Below, piece by piece: positions 36,408 through 45,987 of a DNA stretch of 55,421 nucleotides. A program made the position numbers and the translations under genes. The stretch is from a virus (taxonomy: Duplodnaviria; Caudoviricetes), in IMG/VR virus record IMGVR_UViG_3300037743_000357, positions 1 to 55,421 of that record; one strand, given 5' to 3'. The notes under the pieces were generated by a model that made no database searches, had not been told where the DNA came from, and was given only the letters and a program-made list of their open reading frames with translations. Each line of letters begins with the position of its first letter. Within the stretch, counting starts at the first letter, position 1.

Positions 36408-36480
36408 CAATCCCCATCGAATAGCCCATACACGGCACTGTCCTAGTGGTTATTCATACGCTCAGGCTGTTCCTTGTGCG

Positions 36481-36512
36481 CCCCCTCCGTAACTGGAGGG
36501 GGTTTTCTTTTT
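36481..36512 (+). terminator. Intrinsic terminator ending the structural operon
   Basis: CCCCCTCC-GTAACT-GGAGGGGG-TTTTCTTTTT. Confidence 0.85.
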
Positions 36513-36533
36513 GTCTCGCATGCAAAAAAAGAC

Positions 36534-36569
36534 TTGCGCGGTGTTTCGCAATGAAATACATCTTTCGCA
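36534..36569 (+). promoter_or_regulatory. Promoter/operator motif, copy 1
   Basis: TTGC...ATGAAATACATCTTTCGCA; 17/19 identical to 46468-46486. Confidence 0.55.
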
Positions 36570-36676
36570 TCGGGTGACGCTCAACGAACGCAGGCGCACT
36601 CTCTGGCGGTTCAAAGTCCGATGCGATTAAAGGACGCCCCCGGAGCGACCCCGTGAAGAAGCGAAAGGTTAAGACA

Positions 36677-37357
36677 ATGGCACCTAAGAAAACGCTGTAC
36701 CACAGCGAACTGGTCAAGGAATCCCCCGTCACACTCAAAATCAAAAGTGATGTGATGCCATCCAAGTATCAGGGCAAACCCAATTACTGCATCGTGGAAT
36801 TCAATGGGTTCGAACGCAACTTGTCCTGTGAAAACGTGGACATTGAGGGAGTGCTGGAAGGTTGCAAGGGCCGCACGTTGGTCTTTGAAGCAGGTGGCGG
36901 CGGCCGAGACGATCCGGATGGGGCTTATTTGCAGTTCGTGGAGGAACTGGAAGGTGAGAGCGCCCCACCCCAACGCGCTGCGCCCCCGGCCCGGAGATCG
37001 GCGCCACCGGCACCCCCGGCGCGGACGGCTCCCCCGGCTACGCGTCCCCCGGCGGGCAACCCCGCACCACCACCGGCGCCGTCATCCTCGAAAGATCCGG
37101 TCATGGACGCCAAGAAGATGGCTGCGCGGTTGGTAAATTTGAGGTTGATTGCGATGCAGGCCGCGCTCTACTTCCGGGATCAGGTCAAGGAACAGTTCGG
37201 GGTGGATCAATCGCCGGAATTAACGCATGCCACGGCGACCACATTCATGATCGGGCTGGAACGGGCGAGCCTGGTGCATCAGATGCCCACGGGACCGTTG
37301 CAACTGGCCCAAGCGCCGCCCAACGAACCATCCGACAACGACGGGTATGCGGATTGA
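36677..37357 (+). CDS. Hypothetical protein (possible ssDNA-binding/recombination factor)
   Basis: Beta-rich N-domain, Pro/Ala linker, helical domain, acidic tail. Confidence 0.7.
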   Translation: MAPKKTLYHSELVKESPVTLKIKSDVMPSKYQGKPNYCIVEFNGFERNLSCENVDIEGVLEGCKGRTLVFEAGGGGRDDPDGAYLQFVEELEGESAPPQRAAPPARRSAPPAPPARTAPPATRPPAGNPAPPPAPSSSKDPVMDAKKMAARLVNLRLIAMQAALYFRDQVKEQFGVDQSPELTHATATTFMIGLERASLVHQMPTGPLQLAQAPPNEPSDNDGYAD

Positions 37358-37361
37358 GCTT

Positions 37362-37592
37362 ATGAGCAACGAGCAATGGAAAGACAAGAACTGGCATCTG
37401 AGCCCGGAATCCAATGGTAATTTCAGCTTGGATGCAGCCACGTTGGCCGTGTTGATGGACATCCGCTCGGAACTGAAGAAACTGAATTTTCTACTGCATT
37501 GTCCAAATTTCAGATGTCTTCCCCAAAAGATCGACGCTATCAGGCTCAACACAGCCAAGAAACAAAAACGAAAGACTTCCAAAAAATCATGA
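37362..37592 (+). CDS. Hypothetical protein
   Basis: ATGA-coupled to the next gene. Confidence 0.6.
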   Translation: MSNEQWKDKNWHLSPESNGNFSLDAATLAVLMDIRSELKKLNFLLHCPNFRCLPQKIDAIRLNTAKKQKRKTSKKS

Positions 37593-39493
37593 TAACCAAA
37601 CTTGAACTACTGAATGTCAAAGGCATAACGGCCAACCTGGAGTTGAAGCCGTGCGTGGCTATCATCGGCCCCAACTTCAGCGGCAAGACGGCCATCCTCG
37701 AATCGATCCGGCTGGCGCTCTTGGGCTGGTCCCCGACGCATGGCAAGACCGCCCAGGGCTTGTTCAAGCTCTCCAGTGGAAAAGAGATGGTCATCCGCGC
37801 TTTGGTCGGCGCCGAGAAGATCGAACGGCGATGGAGTCAGACCGGCGCGAAGGTGAGCCAGAGCAAGGGGGACGAACTGGTTCCGCCCGTGCTGGTTGAT
37901 CTGAATACGTGGCTGCGCATGACGGCGGCGGAACGAACGAGCAACCTCCTGGCTGCGGCGACTCAATCGGGCACGCCCGAGGACACCATGGCGCGGATTC
38001 GGTTGCTGCGGGTCAACGGTGAAGTGCAGGTCAAGGTCCATGAGGCGGCCAAGAATCGATTGGCCGATCTGGTGAAGGACGCCGAGGACAACGACGCCAA
38101 CTTCGCGCAGTTCTTGGACGTGGCCATTGAGCAGGAGAAGAAAGAATTGAAGGATGCCAAGGACAATTCCAAACGGTTGGCGGCGGCGATTCAGGGCGGT
38201 TCCATGAGCCAGGGCGGCGCGCCGGAGAACGTGGATTCGTTGCTGGGCGAGTCGCGCGCCAAGCTCTCAGTCCTGGACAAACGGCTGGGGGCGCAGGTCA
38301 GTGAGATGCGGTTGCGGAACAATCTCATGCAGGAGATAGACGCGTTGAAGAAGGAAATTGCCATGGACGAATCGGCAGTGGCCGGCGCGGCGGAGTCTCG
38401 CAAACGCAAGGACGTGGCGGAAAAGCAAATCGCGGACTTGCAGAAGGTTGTGGCATTGGCGCCCACCCAAGTCACGTTCGATCAAGCGCTTCAGGATGTT
38501 GATGATGCTGGGGCGCAAGTTATTCTGTTCAACGTGCAGAAAGACAAAGCCGAGAAAGGTTTGATGGAACTGGCTTCAACCGAACGGTGTCCGCACTGTC
38601 TGGCCAAAGGAAAGGGTTGGAAGGACAACATCGAAACCACGCTCAAGAACCAACTGAGCGTTGCTTCTTCTGGCATGGAGCAAGCAACTCACCGTTTGAA
38701 TGAGACCCGGAAGACCAAAGAGGACTTGCAAGCACGCCTCGAACGAGCGCGGGGCGCGGCCCAGGAAATCACACATCTCCAACGTGACGTGAAGGAGTTT
38801 GCGGATATTCTGGCCGACGTGGACCAAGCGCCCGTGCGCATCAAAACCTCGAAGGACGAGATCGCGGCCAAGCAGAAGGAACTCCAAGAACTCGGCCCCG
38901 TCGAGTCGGTGGACGATCTGACCGTCCAGGCCAGCGAGTTGCGCTCGCTGATAGGCAACCTGGAAGCCCAACAGAAACAGTTCCACGCCTACATGAGCGG
39001 ACGGGCGGCCATGGCCAAACAAGCCGAGCAGCACGACGAAGCGGTTGCGCAGGCCGAAGTCATCGACCAGATCCTGAAGATCCTCGTCCACGACCGGGAA
39101 CATCTCCTGGAACAAGTGGCCGATTCGGTCATGGAACGGGCGCGCAAACTGACCGACGGAATCATGCCCGGCAAACTGGAGTGGAAAGGCGGCGAACCGG
39201 GGTATGCTTGGGACTCCGGGCGTTGGGTTTCCTTCGAGGTGCTCAGCGGCACGGAGAAAGCCATTGTGTATGCCGGTTTGAGCGTGGCGCTGGCTCACGA
39301 GGCCAAGCACAAAATCGTTTTGATTGATGAAATGGGTGTCATGGAACCGATTAACAAAAAGAAGGTAGCGGAGCGCATGGCCGACTTGGTGAAGCAGGGC
39401 TTCATTGATCAATTCATTTGTGCGGACGCGGATGGGACATGGATCGTGCCGGGCTACCAAGTCATCGAGACGAAACACATCCGCGCAAAATAA
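37589..39493 (+). CDS. Rad50/SbcC-like SMC ATPase
   Basis: Walker A GPNFSGKT, coiled coils with CPHC hook, LSGTE signature, VLIDE Walker B. Confidence 0.9.
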   Translation: MITKLELLNVKGITANLELKPCVAIIGPNFSGKTAILESIRLALLGWSPTHGKTAQGLFKLSSGKEMVIRALVGAEKIERRWSQTGAKVSQSKGDELVPPVLVDLNTWLRMTAAERTSNLLAAATQSGTPEDTMARIRLLRVNGEVQVKVHEAAKNRLADLVKDAEDNDANFAQFLDVAIEQEKKELKDAKDNSKRLAAAIQGGSMSQGGAPENVDSLLGESRAKLSVLDKRLGAQVSEMRLRNNLMQEIDALKKEIAMDESAVAGAAESRKRKDVAEKQIADLQKVVALAPTQVTFDQALQDVDDAGAQVILFNVQKDKAEKGLMELASTERCPHCLAKGKGWKDNIETTLKNQLSVASSGMEQATHRLNETRKTKEDLQARLERARGAAQEITHLQRDVKEFADILADVDQAPVRIKTSKDEIAAKQKELQELGPVESVDDLTVQASELRSLIGNLEAQQKQFHAYMSGRAAMAKQAEQHDEAVAQAEVIDQILKILVHDREHLLEQVADSVMERARKLTDGIMPGKLEWKGGEPGYAWDSGRWVSFEVLSGTEKAIVYAGLSVALAHEAKHKIVLIDEMGVMEPINKKKVAERMADLVKQGFIDQFICADADGTWIVPGYQVIETKHIRAK

Positions 39494-39531
39494 ACATTGC
39501 GCCTTTCCCATTGATCCCTTACCAAACCGGA

Positions 39532-39720
39532 ATGAATGTTTGCTTGTTAGTGTATTGCCCGGACTGCAACGGCTTCTTTGCGGCCCCTGTCTCATGCCGG
39601 CGCCGGTTCTCGCCTTTGCGGGCGGGGGCCGGCGTGCCGTTGGGGGATTTCATCCAAACCCGGTGCGCCAAGTGCGAGGGAAAGCGGCGCCAGAAAACCA
39701 AACTAAAAACCAACGTATGA
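39532..39720 (+). CDS. Small zinc-finger protein
   Basis: CPDC...CAKC; TTGCGC-17-TACCAA upstream. Confidence 0.55.
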   Translation: MNVCLLVYCPDCNGFFAAPVSCRRRFSPLRAGAGVPLGDFIQTRCAKCEGKRRQKTKLKTNV

Positions 39721-40064
39721 CGACTGATTCTAAAGTTTGCCCGGAATGCGGCGGTTTGGGATGGAAACTTTTACCTGAGGGATGTTCGTTACCATGGGGA
39801 TCAACAAAAATTCAGTGCGACAGGTGCTTTGGCACAAGAGTATTCCAAAATCCACCCATCCAAAAAAACATGAAAACCGATCCTAATGTATCAGCCTTTC
39901 CGCACGATTCAACGTTTGCTCCTGGCCTTACCAAACGCGAACTGTTCGCCGCCCTGGCGATAGTGGGGTTACAGGCGTCTCCGTTTGTTATAAGAGATGT
40001 CGAAGCCGCCGCTGTCAATTCCGCCGACAAACTCATTGAAGAACTCAACAAAAACGAAGAATGA
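39717..40064 (+). CDS. DnaJ-type Zn finger fused to common phage AFP...GLTKRELFAA domain
   Basis: CPECGG.G...CDRC.G.; ATGA overlaps at both ends. Confidence 0.65.
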   Translation: MTTDSKVCPECGGLGWKLLPEGCSLPWGSTKIQCDRCFGTRVFQNPPIQKNMKTDPNVSAFPHDSTFAPGLTKRELFAALAIVGLQASPFVIRDVEAAAVNSADKLIEELNKNEE

Positions 40065-41005
40065 AAACCACAGTTATTTATCACTCCGCCGACTACGACG
40101 GCATCTTCTGCCGCGAGATTGCACGCAAATTCCTCCCCGATGCCGAACTGATCGGGTGGGATTTTGGAGATCCACACCTTGCCATTCCAGAAGGTGACGG
40201 ACAGATCTACGTCATGGATCTTCCGGTTGACCGGGTATTGGGGTGGGCTTCGGCGATTCAAGATCAATTGGTTCATTCCGGCATAACCAACCGTTTGATT
40301 TGGATAGATCATCACGCCAGTTCGATGGCTTCGCACCCCGGGAGCATTCCAGGATACCGCATTGACGGCGTGGCGGCGTGCAGGCTGGCGTGGTTTTATT
40401 TCAATGCCTTGGAACGATACACGCAGCAGACTGTGACTGCCGATTTTAATTGGTTTCATGGACATTATCCGTGGGCTTCGAAGCAGGATTTCGTTGAAAG
40501 GAAAGTGAGTGAGCCACTGGCTGTTCGACTCGCTGGAGAATACGACATTTGGGACAAGCGCGATCCGGATGCGGAAACGTTCCAGTTCGGGTTGCGGTCA
40601 CGGGAACTTACCAATGACGACTGGGCAGAGATGCTTCGTCCAGAAGAGCCAGGCGACATTCTGATCCTTGAGTTGCTCCGCGATGGAAAACTCCTTCAAA
40701 CCTTCCAAAACCGCATGGATGTTTCCATCATCTCAACCAAGGGCTATATCGTTGAATGGGAAGGCTTGACGTTCTTAACACTCAACACCGCCCGATTCAA
40801 CTCCTTGACCTTCGCCGCGCTGGACATGCCGGAGACCGGCCATGATGCGCTCTTGGGCTACTGTTTTACGGGCAAGCACTGGACCGTATCACTCTACCAC
40901 GCCAAGCACCGCACTGACTTGGACCTTTCGCAGATTGCAGTCAAGCACGGGGGCGGTGGGCACAAGGGGGCGTGCGGCTTCACATGTCCAAAACTTCCAT
41001 TCTGA
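40061..41005 (+). CDS. DHH/DHHA1 phosphoesterase
   Basis: YHSADYDG, YVMD, WIDHH, YDIW, GGGGHKGACGF. Confidence 0.9.
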   Translation: MKTTVIYHSADYDGIFCREIARKFLPDAELIGWDFGDPHLAIPEGDGQIYVMDLPVDRVLGWASAIQDQLVHSGITNRLIWIDHHASSMASHPGSIPGYRIDGVAACRLAWFYFNALERYTQQTVTADFNWFHGHYPWASKQDFVERKVSEPLAVRLAGEYDIWDKRDPDAETFQFGLRSRELTNDDWAEMLRPEEPGDILILELLRDGKLLQTFQNRMDVSIISTKGYIVEWEGLTFLTLNTARFNSLTFAALDMPETGHDALLGYCFTGKHWTVSLYHAKHRTDLDLSQIAVKHGGGGHKGACGFTCPKLPF

Positions 41006-41011
41006 TTATCC

Positions 41012-42628
41012 ATGAACTTCACCGAAGAACAAAACGAGGCCATCACCACCACCAACGCCCAAGTGTCCGTCGTGGCCGCGCCGGGCAGTGGCAAGACCGC
41101 CGTGCTGGTGGCGCGGGTGGCGCATTTGATTGCGACTGGCATCTCACCAGAACAAATTGCCGTTGTGACCTTTACGAGATCCGCGGCCAAGGAGATTCAG
41201 GAACGGCTTGGACCCGATATTCCCCTGGGTCACTGCGGCACGTTGCACGCCCTGGCGATGAAGGTTGTGCAGGAAGCGGGGGCCATCAAGACCGTCATCG
41301 ACGATGCGCTGGCCAAGAAACTTTTGGTCGAATGCATGGCATCGTTGAAGATCAAACTGCCCATCACCAAGCTCTGGCGCTACGCCCGAAAGCCCGGGTT
41401 CATTGACGCGGATTTCACGAGCCAACATCAAATCGTCTTGGACGAGTATCGACGGTTGAAGGTTGCCAATAAGATGTTGACCTACGATGAAGTTATCATG
41501 GAGGCGGTGTGTTATTTGAAAGTCAAAAGCCACCATCGATTCGATACGGTATTGGTCGATGAAGCGCAGGATTGTAACAAGGAAGATTGGTTGTTGCTGA
41601 TGATTCTTGCGAGCGACGTCTATGCAATCGGAGATCCTGAACAGTCTCTTTTTGGTTTTCGCGGCGCCCAACCCCAACTCATGACCCATGAGGCGCGTGG
41701 GGTATTAAAAATGAAAGGGTGCTTCCGGTGTGCGCGGGTGATTTGCGAGGCGGCCAATCGGTTGATCGAGCACAACGGCCACAAGCGCAACCTGGGCTCC
41801 AGCATCGTGCCGATTCGAGATGCTGATGGAGAGATCGTGATTTGGCGCAATGTTCCCGACCAAGACACCGAGGCCAAGGCCATCCAGAGCGCCATCGAGC
41901 GCAACGCCCAAGGCCAGAGCGTCGCCGTCCTGGCCCGAACCAACGCGATTGTAAACGACGTGGCTGAGCGGCTGCGGGCGCTTGGGGTGAAAGTTCGGGA
42001 GACGCGCAAGATCAAGGGGGACGATGAGACCGCTCGGCTCAAGCTCTTCGTGTCCTTCTGCGCCGATCCGGAGAACGATGTGTTGGCCAGATGGTGGCTC
42101 ACCGAAACGTTGGGGGAGGATCAAGCCAAGCGGGAGGCCAATGCGGCGGCCAAAGCCATGGAGACGATCAACACCCACGCACTCAAGATTCCGAAGTTTG
42201 AAACGGTCGTCGAATTCTTGGAACACATGGACAAGAGCCAGTTGCAACTACTCTTCGGAACCGACGCGCGGTTGCTGTTGAATCAGGCTGTTCGAAAAGT
42301 GGGTGTTTTCGCCAAGCTCACCGAGCTTGCCGCCGCCCTGGACGAACCGGAAACTCAGATGGTCGAGGACGGGGAAGGTTTGGACTGTATGACTTTGCAT
42401 GGGGCTAAGGGAAGGGAGTGGGACATTGTGATCATCGTGGGCATGGAGGAAGGCACGCTACCTTCGAAGCAGGCCACGCTTGAGGAAGAACGGCGACTGC
42501 TCTACGTGGGCATCACGCGGGCGCGTGACACAGTGATCCTGAGCCGGTGCGTGCGGCGCGACGTGAACGCCTGGGACAAGGGCGAGGTCCGGGCGCCGAG
42601 CTTGTTCTTGGACGAATTGGGGGTGTGA
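41012..42628 (+). CDS. UvrD/REP superfamily 1 helicase
   Basis: AAPGSGKT, TFT..AA.E, VDEAQD, GDPEQSLFGFRGA, VLARTN, TLHGAKGREW, EERRLLYVGITRAR. Confidence 0.95.
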   Translation: MNFTEEQNEAITTTNAQVSVVAAPGSGKTAVLVARVAHLIATGISPEQIAVVTFTRSAAKEIQERLGPDIPLGHCGTLHALAMKVVQEAGAIKTVIDDALAKKLLVECMASLKIKLPITKLWRYARKPGFIDADFTSQHQIVLDEYRRLKVANKMLTYDEVIMEAVCYLKVKSHHRFDTVLVDEAQDCNKEDWLLLMILASDVYAIGDPEQSLFGFRGAQPQLMTHEARGVLKMKGCFRCARVICEAANRLIEHNGHKRNLGSSIVPIRDADGEIVIWRNVPDQDTEAKAIQSAIERNAQGQSVAVLARTNAIVNDVAERLRALGVKVRETRKIKGDDETARLKLFVSFCADPENDVLARWWLTETLGEDQAKREANAAAKAMETINTHALKIPKFETVVEFLEHMDKSQLQLLFGTDARLLLNQAVRKVGVFAKLTELAAALDEPETQMVEDGEGLDCMTLHGAKGREWDIVIIVGMEEGTLPSKQATLEEERRLLYVGITRARDTVILSRCVRRDVNAWDKGEVRAPSLFLDELGV

Positions 42629-42864
42629 TGCGCCCGATGCCTGACCATCCGGTTCGCAAGAACTACAGCGTGCCGCCCCGCATCGGTCTGAGCCAAGGCT
42701 CCAAAGGTCCGGCCTGCCCCAATTGCGCGGGGCGCTCTTCAAGCGTGATTGATACGAGAACGGCGGGAGTGGACACGCGCCGGCGACGGGTTTGTATGGT
42801 CTGCAAGCGCCGGTTCACGACGCTGGAACATTGTGTGGAACCGATGGTCGATTACCAAATATGA
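42628..42864 (+). CDS. NrdR-like zinc ribbon (no ATP cone)
   Basis: CPNC....SVIDTR.....RRRRVC..C..RFTT.E. Confidence 0.8.
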   Translation: MRPMPDHPVRKNYSVPPRIGLSQGSKGPACPNCAGRSSSVIDTRTAGVDTRRRRVCMVCKRRFTTLEHCVEPMVDYQI

Positions 42865-43061
42865 AGGTCAAACTTCTCCAACACGAATCGCGTCCCGAAA
42901 CCGAACTGGCCTTCAAGTTCCGGCGCCCCAACGGCAACGAGAACGTCTACGTGCCAAAGTCCGTCATCAGCCACATCTCCCGGGAGGCGCCCGACTCAAG
43001 CGGCTGGCGCATCGTGTACGTGGAGGTCAAGGACTGGTTCGCGGAGAAAGAGGATTTGTAA
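42861..43061 (+). CDS. Hypothetical protein
   Basis: ETELA...YVPKS.I...V.DWFAEK, common small phage protein pattern. Confidence 0.65.
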   Translation: MKVKLLQHESRPETELAFKFRRPNGNENVYVPKSVISHISREAPDSSGWRIVYVEVKDWFAEKEDL

Positions 43062-43063
43062 GG

Positions 43064-43096
43064 TTGACGATGTCCCATAATGTCCCATATTGTCCC
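43064..43096 (+). promoter_or_regulatory. Initiator gene promoter overlapped by three TGTCCC iterons
   Basis: TTGACG at 43064; TGTCCC at 43071, 43081 and 43091. Confidence 0.65.
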
Positions 43097-43099
43097 GCC

Positions 43100-44008
43100 A
43101 TGGCTAATTACACCAAATTATTCAATTCCATCGTCACGTCAACTATCTGGATGGAAGATGATCAAACGCGCATTGTTTGGCTTACTATGCTGGCAATGGC
43201 CGACAAAAACGGAGAGGTTCAAGCAAGTATTCCCGGCTTGGCAAACATCGCGCGAGTGCCGATTGAGAGTTGCCGGATTGCCATCGGGAAGTTTTTATCC
43301 TCTGATCCCGACTCCCGGACCAAGGATGATGAAGGCCGGCGCATTGAGGAGATCGATGGAGGTTGGTTGCTGATAAACCACCAAAAATACCGGGAAATGG
43401 CGAGTAAGGATGAACTTCGTGAGGCTGAGACGAAGCGCAAGGCGAGGTATCGGGATAGATTACGACGGAACGGAAAGTCCCAAAATGTCCGGGACATGTC
43501 ACAAGATGTCCCGAAAATCCAGCACATAGCAGAAGCAGATACAGATGCAGAGGTACAGGGAATTGTCGGCGAGGGCGCCGACCGTCCCGTTCGCCACAAG
43601 AGCAAACCACCCCCGAAAGCCAAAGCGGAGTCCAGTCCGGAGCACCACGAATTCATTCGACGCTGGACGGACCGCTTTCAAGCTGTGCATGGGCGCCCTT
43701 ACGTTTTCCAGGGCGGCAAGGACGGTAAGGCGGTCAAAACGCTTCTGGCGTCCTCAGGGCTTAAGCCTGACGAATTGATGGCCATCGCGGAAAAGGCGTG
43801 GGGCTCGACTGGCCGCGACTTCTTCCATTGCCAAGCCGCCGTGACGATTTCAGGGTTCGCGAGTCGCATCAACGAAATCCAGGACGAACTCTCCGGACGT
43901 AAACTCAGATCCCAAAACAATGGCAAAACCAATGCACGCCCTCATTCATACGGCCCTGACCGGGACAAACACACCTACGCCGCGCGTCGAGTTGAAAACA
44001 AGCCGTAA
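43100..44008 (+). CDS. Replication initiator protein
   Basis: YTKLF.SI..STIW.E...RIVW.TML..AD..G.V..SIPGLA winged-helix-type N-domain; internal iterons; upstream of DnaC-like gene. Confidence 0.8.
   Translation: MANYTKLFNSIVTSTIWMEDDQTRIVWLTMLAMADKNGEVQASIPGLANIARVPIESCRIAIGKFLSSDPDSRTKDDEGRRIEEIDGGWLLINHQKYREMASKDELREAETKRKARYRDRLRRNGKSQNVRDMSQDVPKIQHIAEADTDAEVQGIVGEGADRPVRHKSKPPPKAKAESSPEHHEFIRRWTDRFQAVHGRPYVFQGGKDGKAVKTLLASSGLKPDELMAIAEKAWGSTGRDFFHCQAAVTISGFASRINEIQDELSGRKLRSQNNGKTNARPHSYGPDRDKHTYAARRVENKP
43476..43512. other. Candidate replication origin (iteron cluster inside initiator gene)
   Basis: AGTCCC, TGTCCG, inverted GGGACA, TGTCAC, TGTCCC at ~10-11 bp spacing. Confidence 0.6.
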
Positions 44009-44576
44009 GTGGCGCCAGAAGTGGATCAAGCTGGATGAGAGCCATGCAGACGTTCGGAGGATGGCCCAACGCGCAGAACTTTTCGCCAAGCGATTCTTTC
44101 TCAATGATCGGACTGGCCCGATGTTTTTGGTGATCTGCGGGGACAACGGGTGCGGGAAAACCCATACTGCACGGGCGATTTACCGTTACTGTTCTGCGGT
44201 GGCGCCCACGGCTTGGGAGGCGGGCTATTGGAAAGGCGGTTCCACTCCCGCGTCGGTCTTTGAGGGTTGGTCGCGCTTAGCGGACACGACAGATTATCAT
44301 GGGCGCTGGTTGGACATCGTAGGGGCGCAGATGGCCGTGCTTGATGACGTGGGGGCGGAGGTTGATCGGTTTCGAAGCGCTTTGCCCATCGAAAATTTGG
44401 GACGTATGCTCGGGGAGCGCGAGGGAAGGTTTACTGTCGTCACGACGAACGTTCCGCCTGATCAATGGATTTTGCAATGGGATGCGCGGGTTGAAGAGCG
44501 GTTGCACCGCAAGAGTGAGATCATTGAACTGGCCAACGTCCCGAGCTTTTACAGAAAGGAACAAACGAAGATATGA
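43920..44576 (+). CDS. DnaC/IstB-like AAA+ ATPase (helicase loader)
   Basis: GDNGCGKT, VLDDVG.E, TVVTTN, RVEERL. Confidence 0.88.
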   Translation: MAKPMHALIHTALTGTNTPTPRVELKTSRKWRQKWIKLDESHADVRRMAQRAELFAKRFFLNDRTGPMFLVICGDNGCGKTHTARAIYRYCSAVAPTAWEAGYWKGGSTPASVFEGWSRLADTTDYHGRWLDIVGAQMAVLDDVGAEVDRFRSALPIENLGRMLGEREGRFTVVTTNVPPDQWILQWDARVEERLHRKSEIIELANVPSFYRKEQTKI

Positions 44577-44956
44577 AAATAACCAACCTAAAAGAACTCA
44601 AAGAATTCATGAACCAGATGCCGGACGTGGAGCATCCGGAGTGGGAGCATCAGACAACGTCAGGGGAATGGGATTGTTCTTGTCAAAGCCTACATTACTT
44701 GGCTGCCGTCTCGGGACAAGTCCGCTGGAAACCCGCCCCCAAGCTCAAACCCTACATGCCACAGCCGCCGTTTTTGGTGAAGTGGACATGGGTCGATCTT
44801 GCGCCAAAGCATAATGTGGAGCGATTTGATTTCGATGGCATCAAACTGATTGATGGCCGCTATTTTAAGTTAGACCATCTTGTAGATGCTGGCGCACTCC
44901 ACAACGCCGAGGGCCGGGACATTTGGAAACCGTTCACCAGGGAGGTTGAGGGATGA
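44573..44956 (+). CDS. Hypothetical protein
   Basis: ATGA-coupled; ends REVEG. Confidence 0.65.
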   Translation: MKITNLKELKEFMNQMPDVEHPEWEHQTTSGEWDCSCQSLHYLAAVSGQVRWKPAPKLKPYMPQPPFLVKWTWVDLAPKHNVERFDFDGIKLIDGRYFKLDHLVDAGALHNAEGRDIWKPFTREVEG

Positions 44957-45258
44957 AAACTGAAAATAATAACTCCGATTGGAGAGCTGTAAAATATCCA
45001 GATTCTAAAACATGGTCCGTTGTCGGAGATGTTAGCATAGCCCGTGGAATTAAAAGTCAGACGGATGCTGAACTTCTTGCGTCGGCACCAATTCAAACGC
45101 GGGTAATTCGAAGGATTGCCTATCAACTTGTTTCCGCCATTAATCGGGTGAATGAATTAACACCGCCAGATGAAATTGGTTTAATTGCGCCCTCGATGGA
45201 CGATGTAATTGACGACGCATTTCTTGCAGAGCGTGACATCAGGGAGGTTGAGGGATGA
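44953..45258 (+). CDS. Hypothetical protein (lower GC)
   Basis: DAELLASAP motif; flanked by 20-bp direct repeats. Confidence 0.65.
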   Translation: MKTENNNSDWRAVKYPDSKTWSVVGDVSIARGIKSQTDAELLASAPIQTRVIRRIAYQLVSAINRVNELTPPDEIGLIAPSMDDVIDDAFLAERDIREVEG

Positions 45259-45455
45259 AGCTCCGAATCATAAATCGGAAAACACTCAAGGCGCAGTTTC
45301 AGTTCGAGCCTCGGGACCTGTGGGTCGGCTTGTTTTGGCGCGTCAACCGAGAGATGCCGCCGCCATACTACACGCTGCATCTCTACATCTGCGTCGTGCC
45401 GATGATCCCGTTCCATGTGACGGTGCTGCTGCACTCGAACAAGATTGAGCGATGA
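45255..45455 (+). CDS. Hypothetical protein
   Basis: FEPRDLWVGLFW; ATGA-coupled. Confidence 0.65.
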   Translation: MKLRIINRKTLKAQFQFEPRDLWVGLFWRVNREMPPPYYTLHLYICVVPMIPFHVTVLLHSNKIER

Positions 45456-45721
45456 GCGACTATTACGAAAAATATCTTAAGGGCGCATTCGAGCGCGGAT
45501 TAAAGGAAAACGGTAGGCTGCATATGAGGCGTCGAGAACGTGTTGGACGAAAGGGACTCGTTCACGCTATCGCCCATTGCATGGATTGTGACTGGGAATG
45601 TCAAGACTACCTAATGGTGCAACGCAAAGCCGCCTACCACGCGAAAACAAAAGGCCACCGTGTCAGCGCGGAACTCGGATATGAAATCACGTATTCGCCT
45701 ATCGAGAAAGGTAAGCGATGA
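45452..45721 (+). CDS. Small C2H2-like zinc-finger protein
   Basis: CMDC.W...H...GH. Confidence 0.65.
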   Translation: MSDYYEKYLKGAFERGLKENGRLHMRRRERVGRKGLVHAIAHCMDCDWECQDYLMVQRKAAYHAKTKGHRVSAELGYEITYSPIEKGKR

Positions 45722-45987
45722 GTGGCAATAGCGACAAAGTTGTTCGGCGGATGGACGTGGGAATCGTCCATAGAATGGTCAGAGAAATCGACCATCAATC
45801 TACGGGCTATCTGTTCCGCGTAGCGCGGAAGAAAGCAAAACTCTCGCTCCGCGAAGTGGCGCGTAGACTAAAACTGTCTGCGCCGTTTGTGTCTGATTTG
45901 GAGCTTGGACGGCGTAACTGGACGGAGGAAATGGCCGAGCGATACATTGACATCCTCTGCCCACCGAACACGAAAGGTAAGCGATGA
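45718..45987 (+). CDS. XRE-family HTH protein
   Basis: R....LSLREVARRL.LSAPFVSDLE.GRR. Confidence 0.85.
   Translation: MSGNSDKVVRRMDVGIVHRMVREIDHQSTGYLFRVARKKAKLSLREVARRLKLSAPFVSDLELGRRNWTEEMAERYIDILCPPNTKGKR

Noticed and set aside
45302-45440. GTTCGAG/CTCGAAC as cassette ends of gene 45255-45455
   Set aside because: Only 7 bp, with the left copy inside the FEPRDLW coding motif; could be chance.
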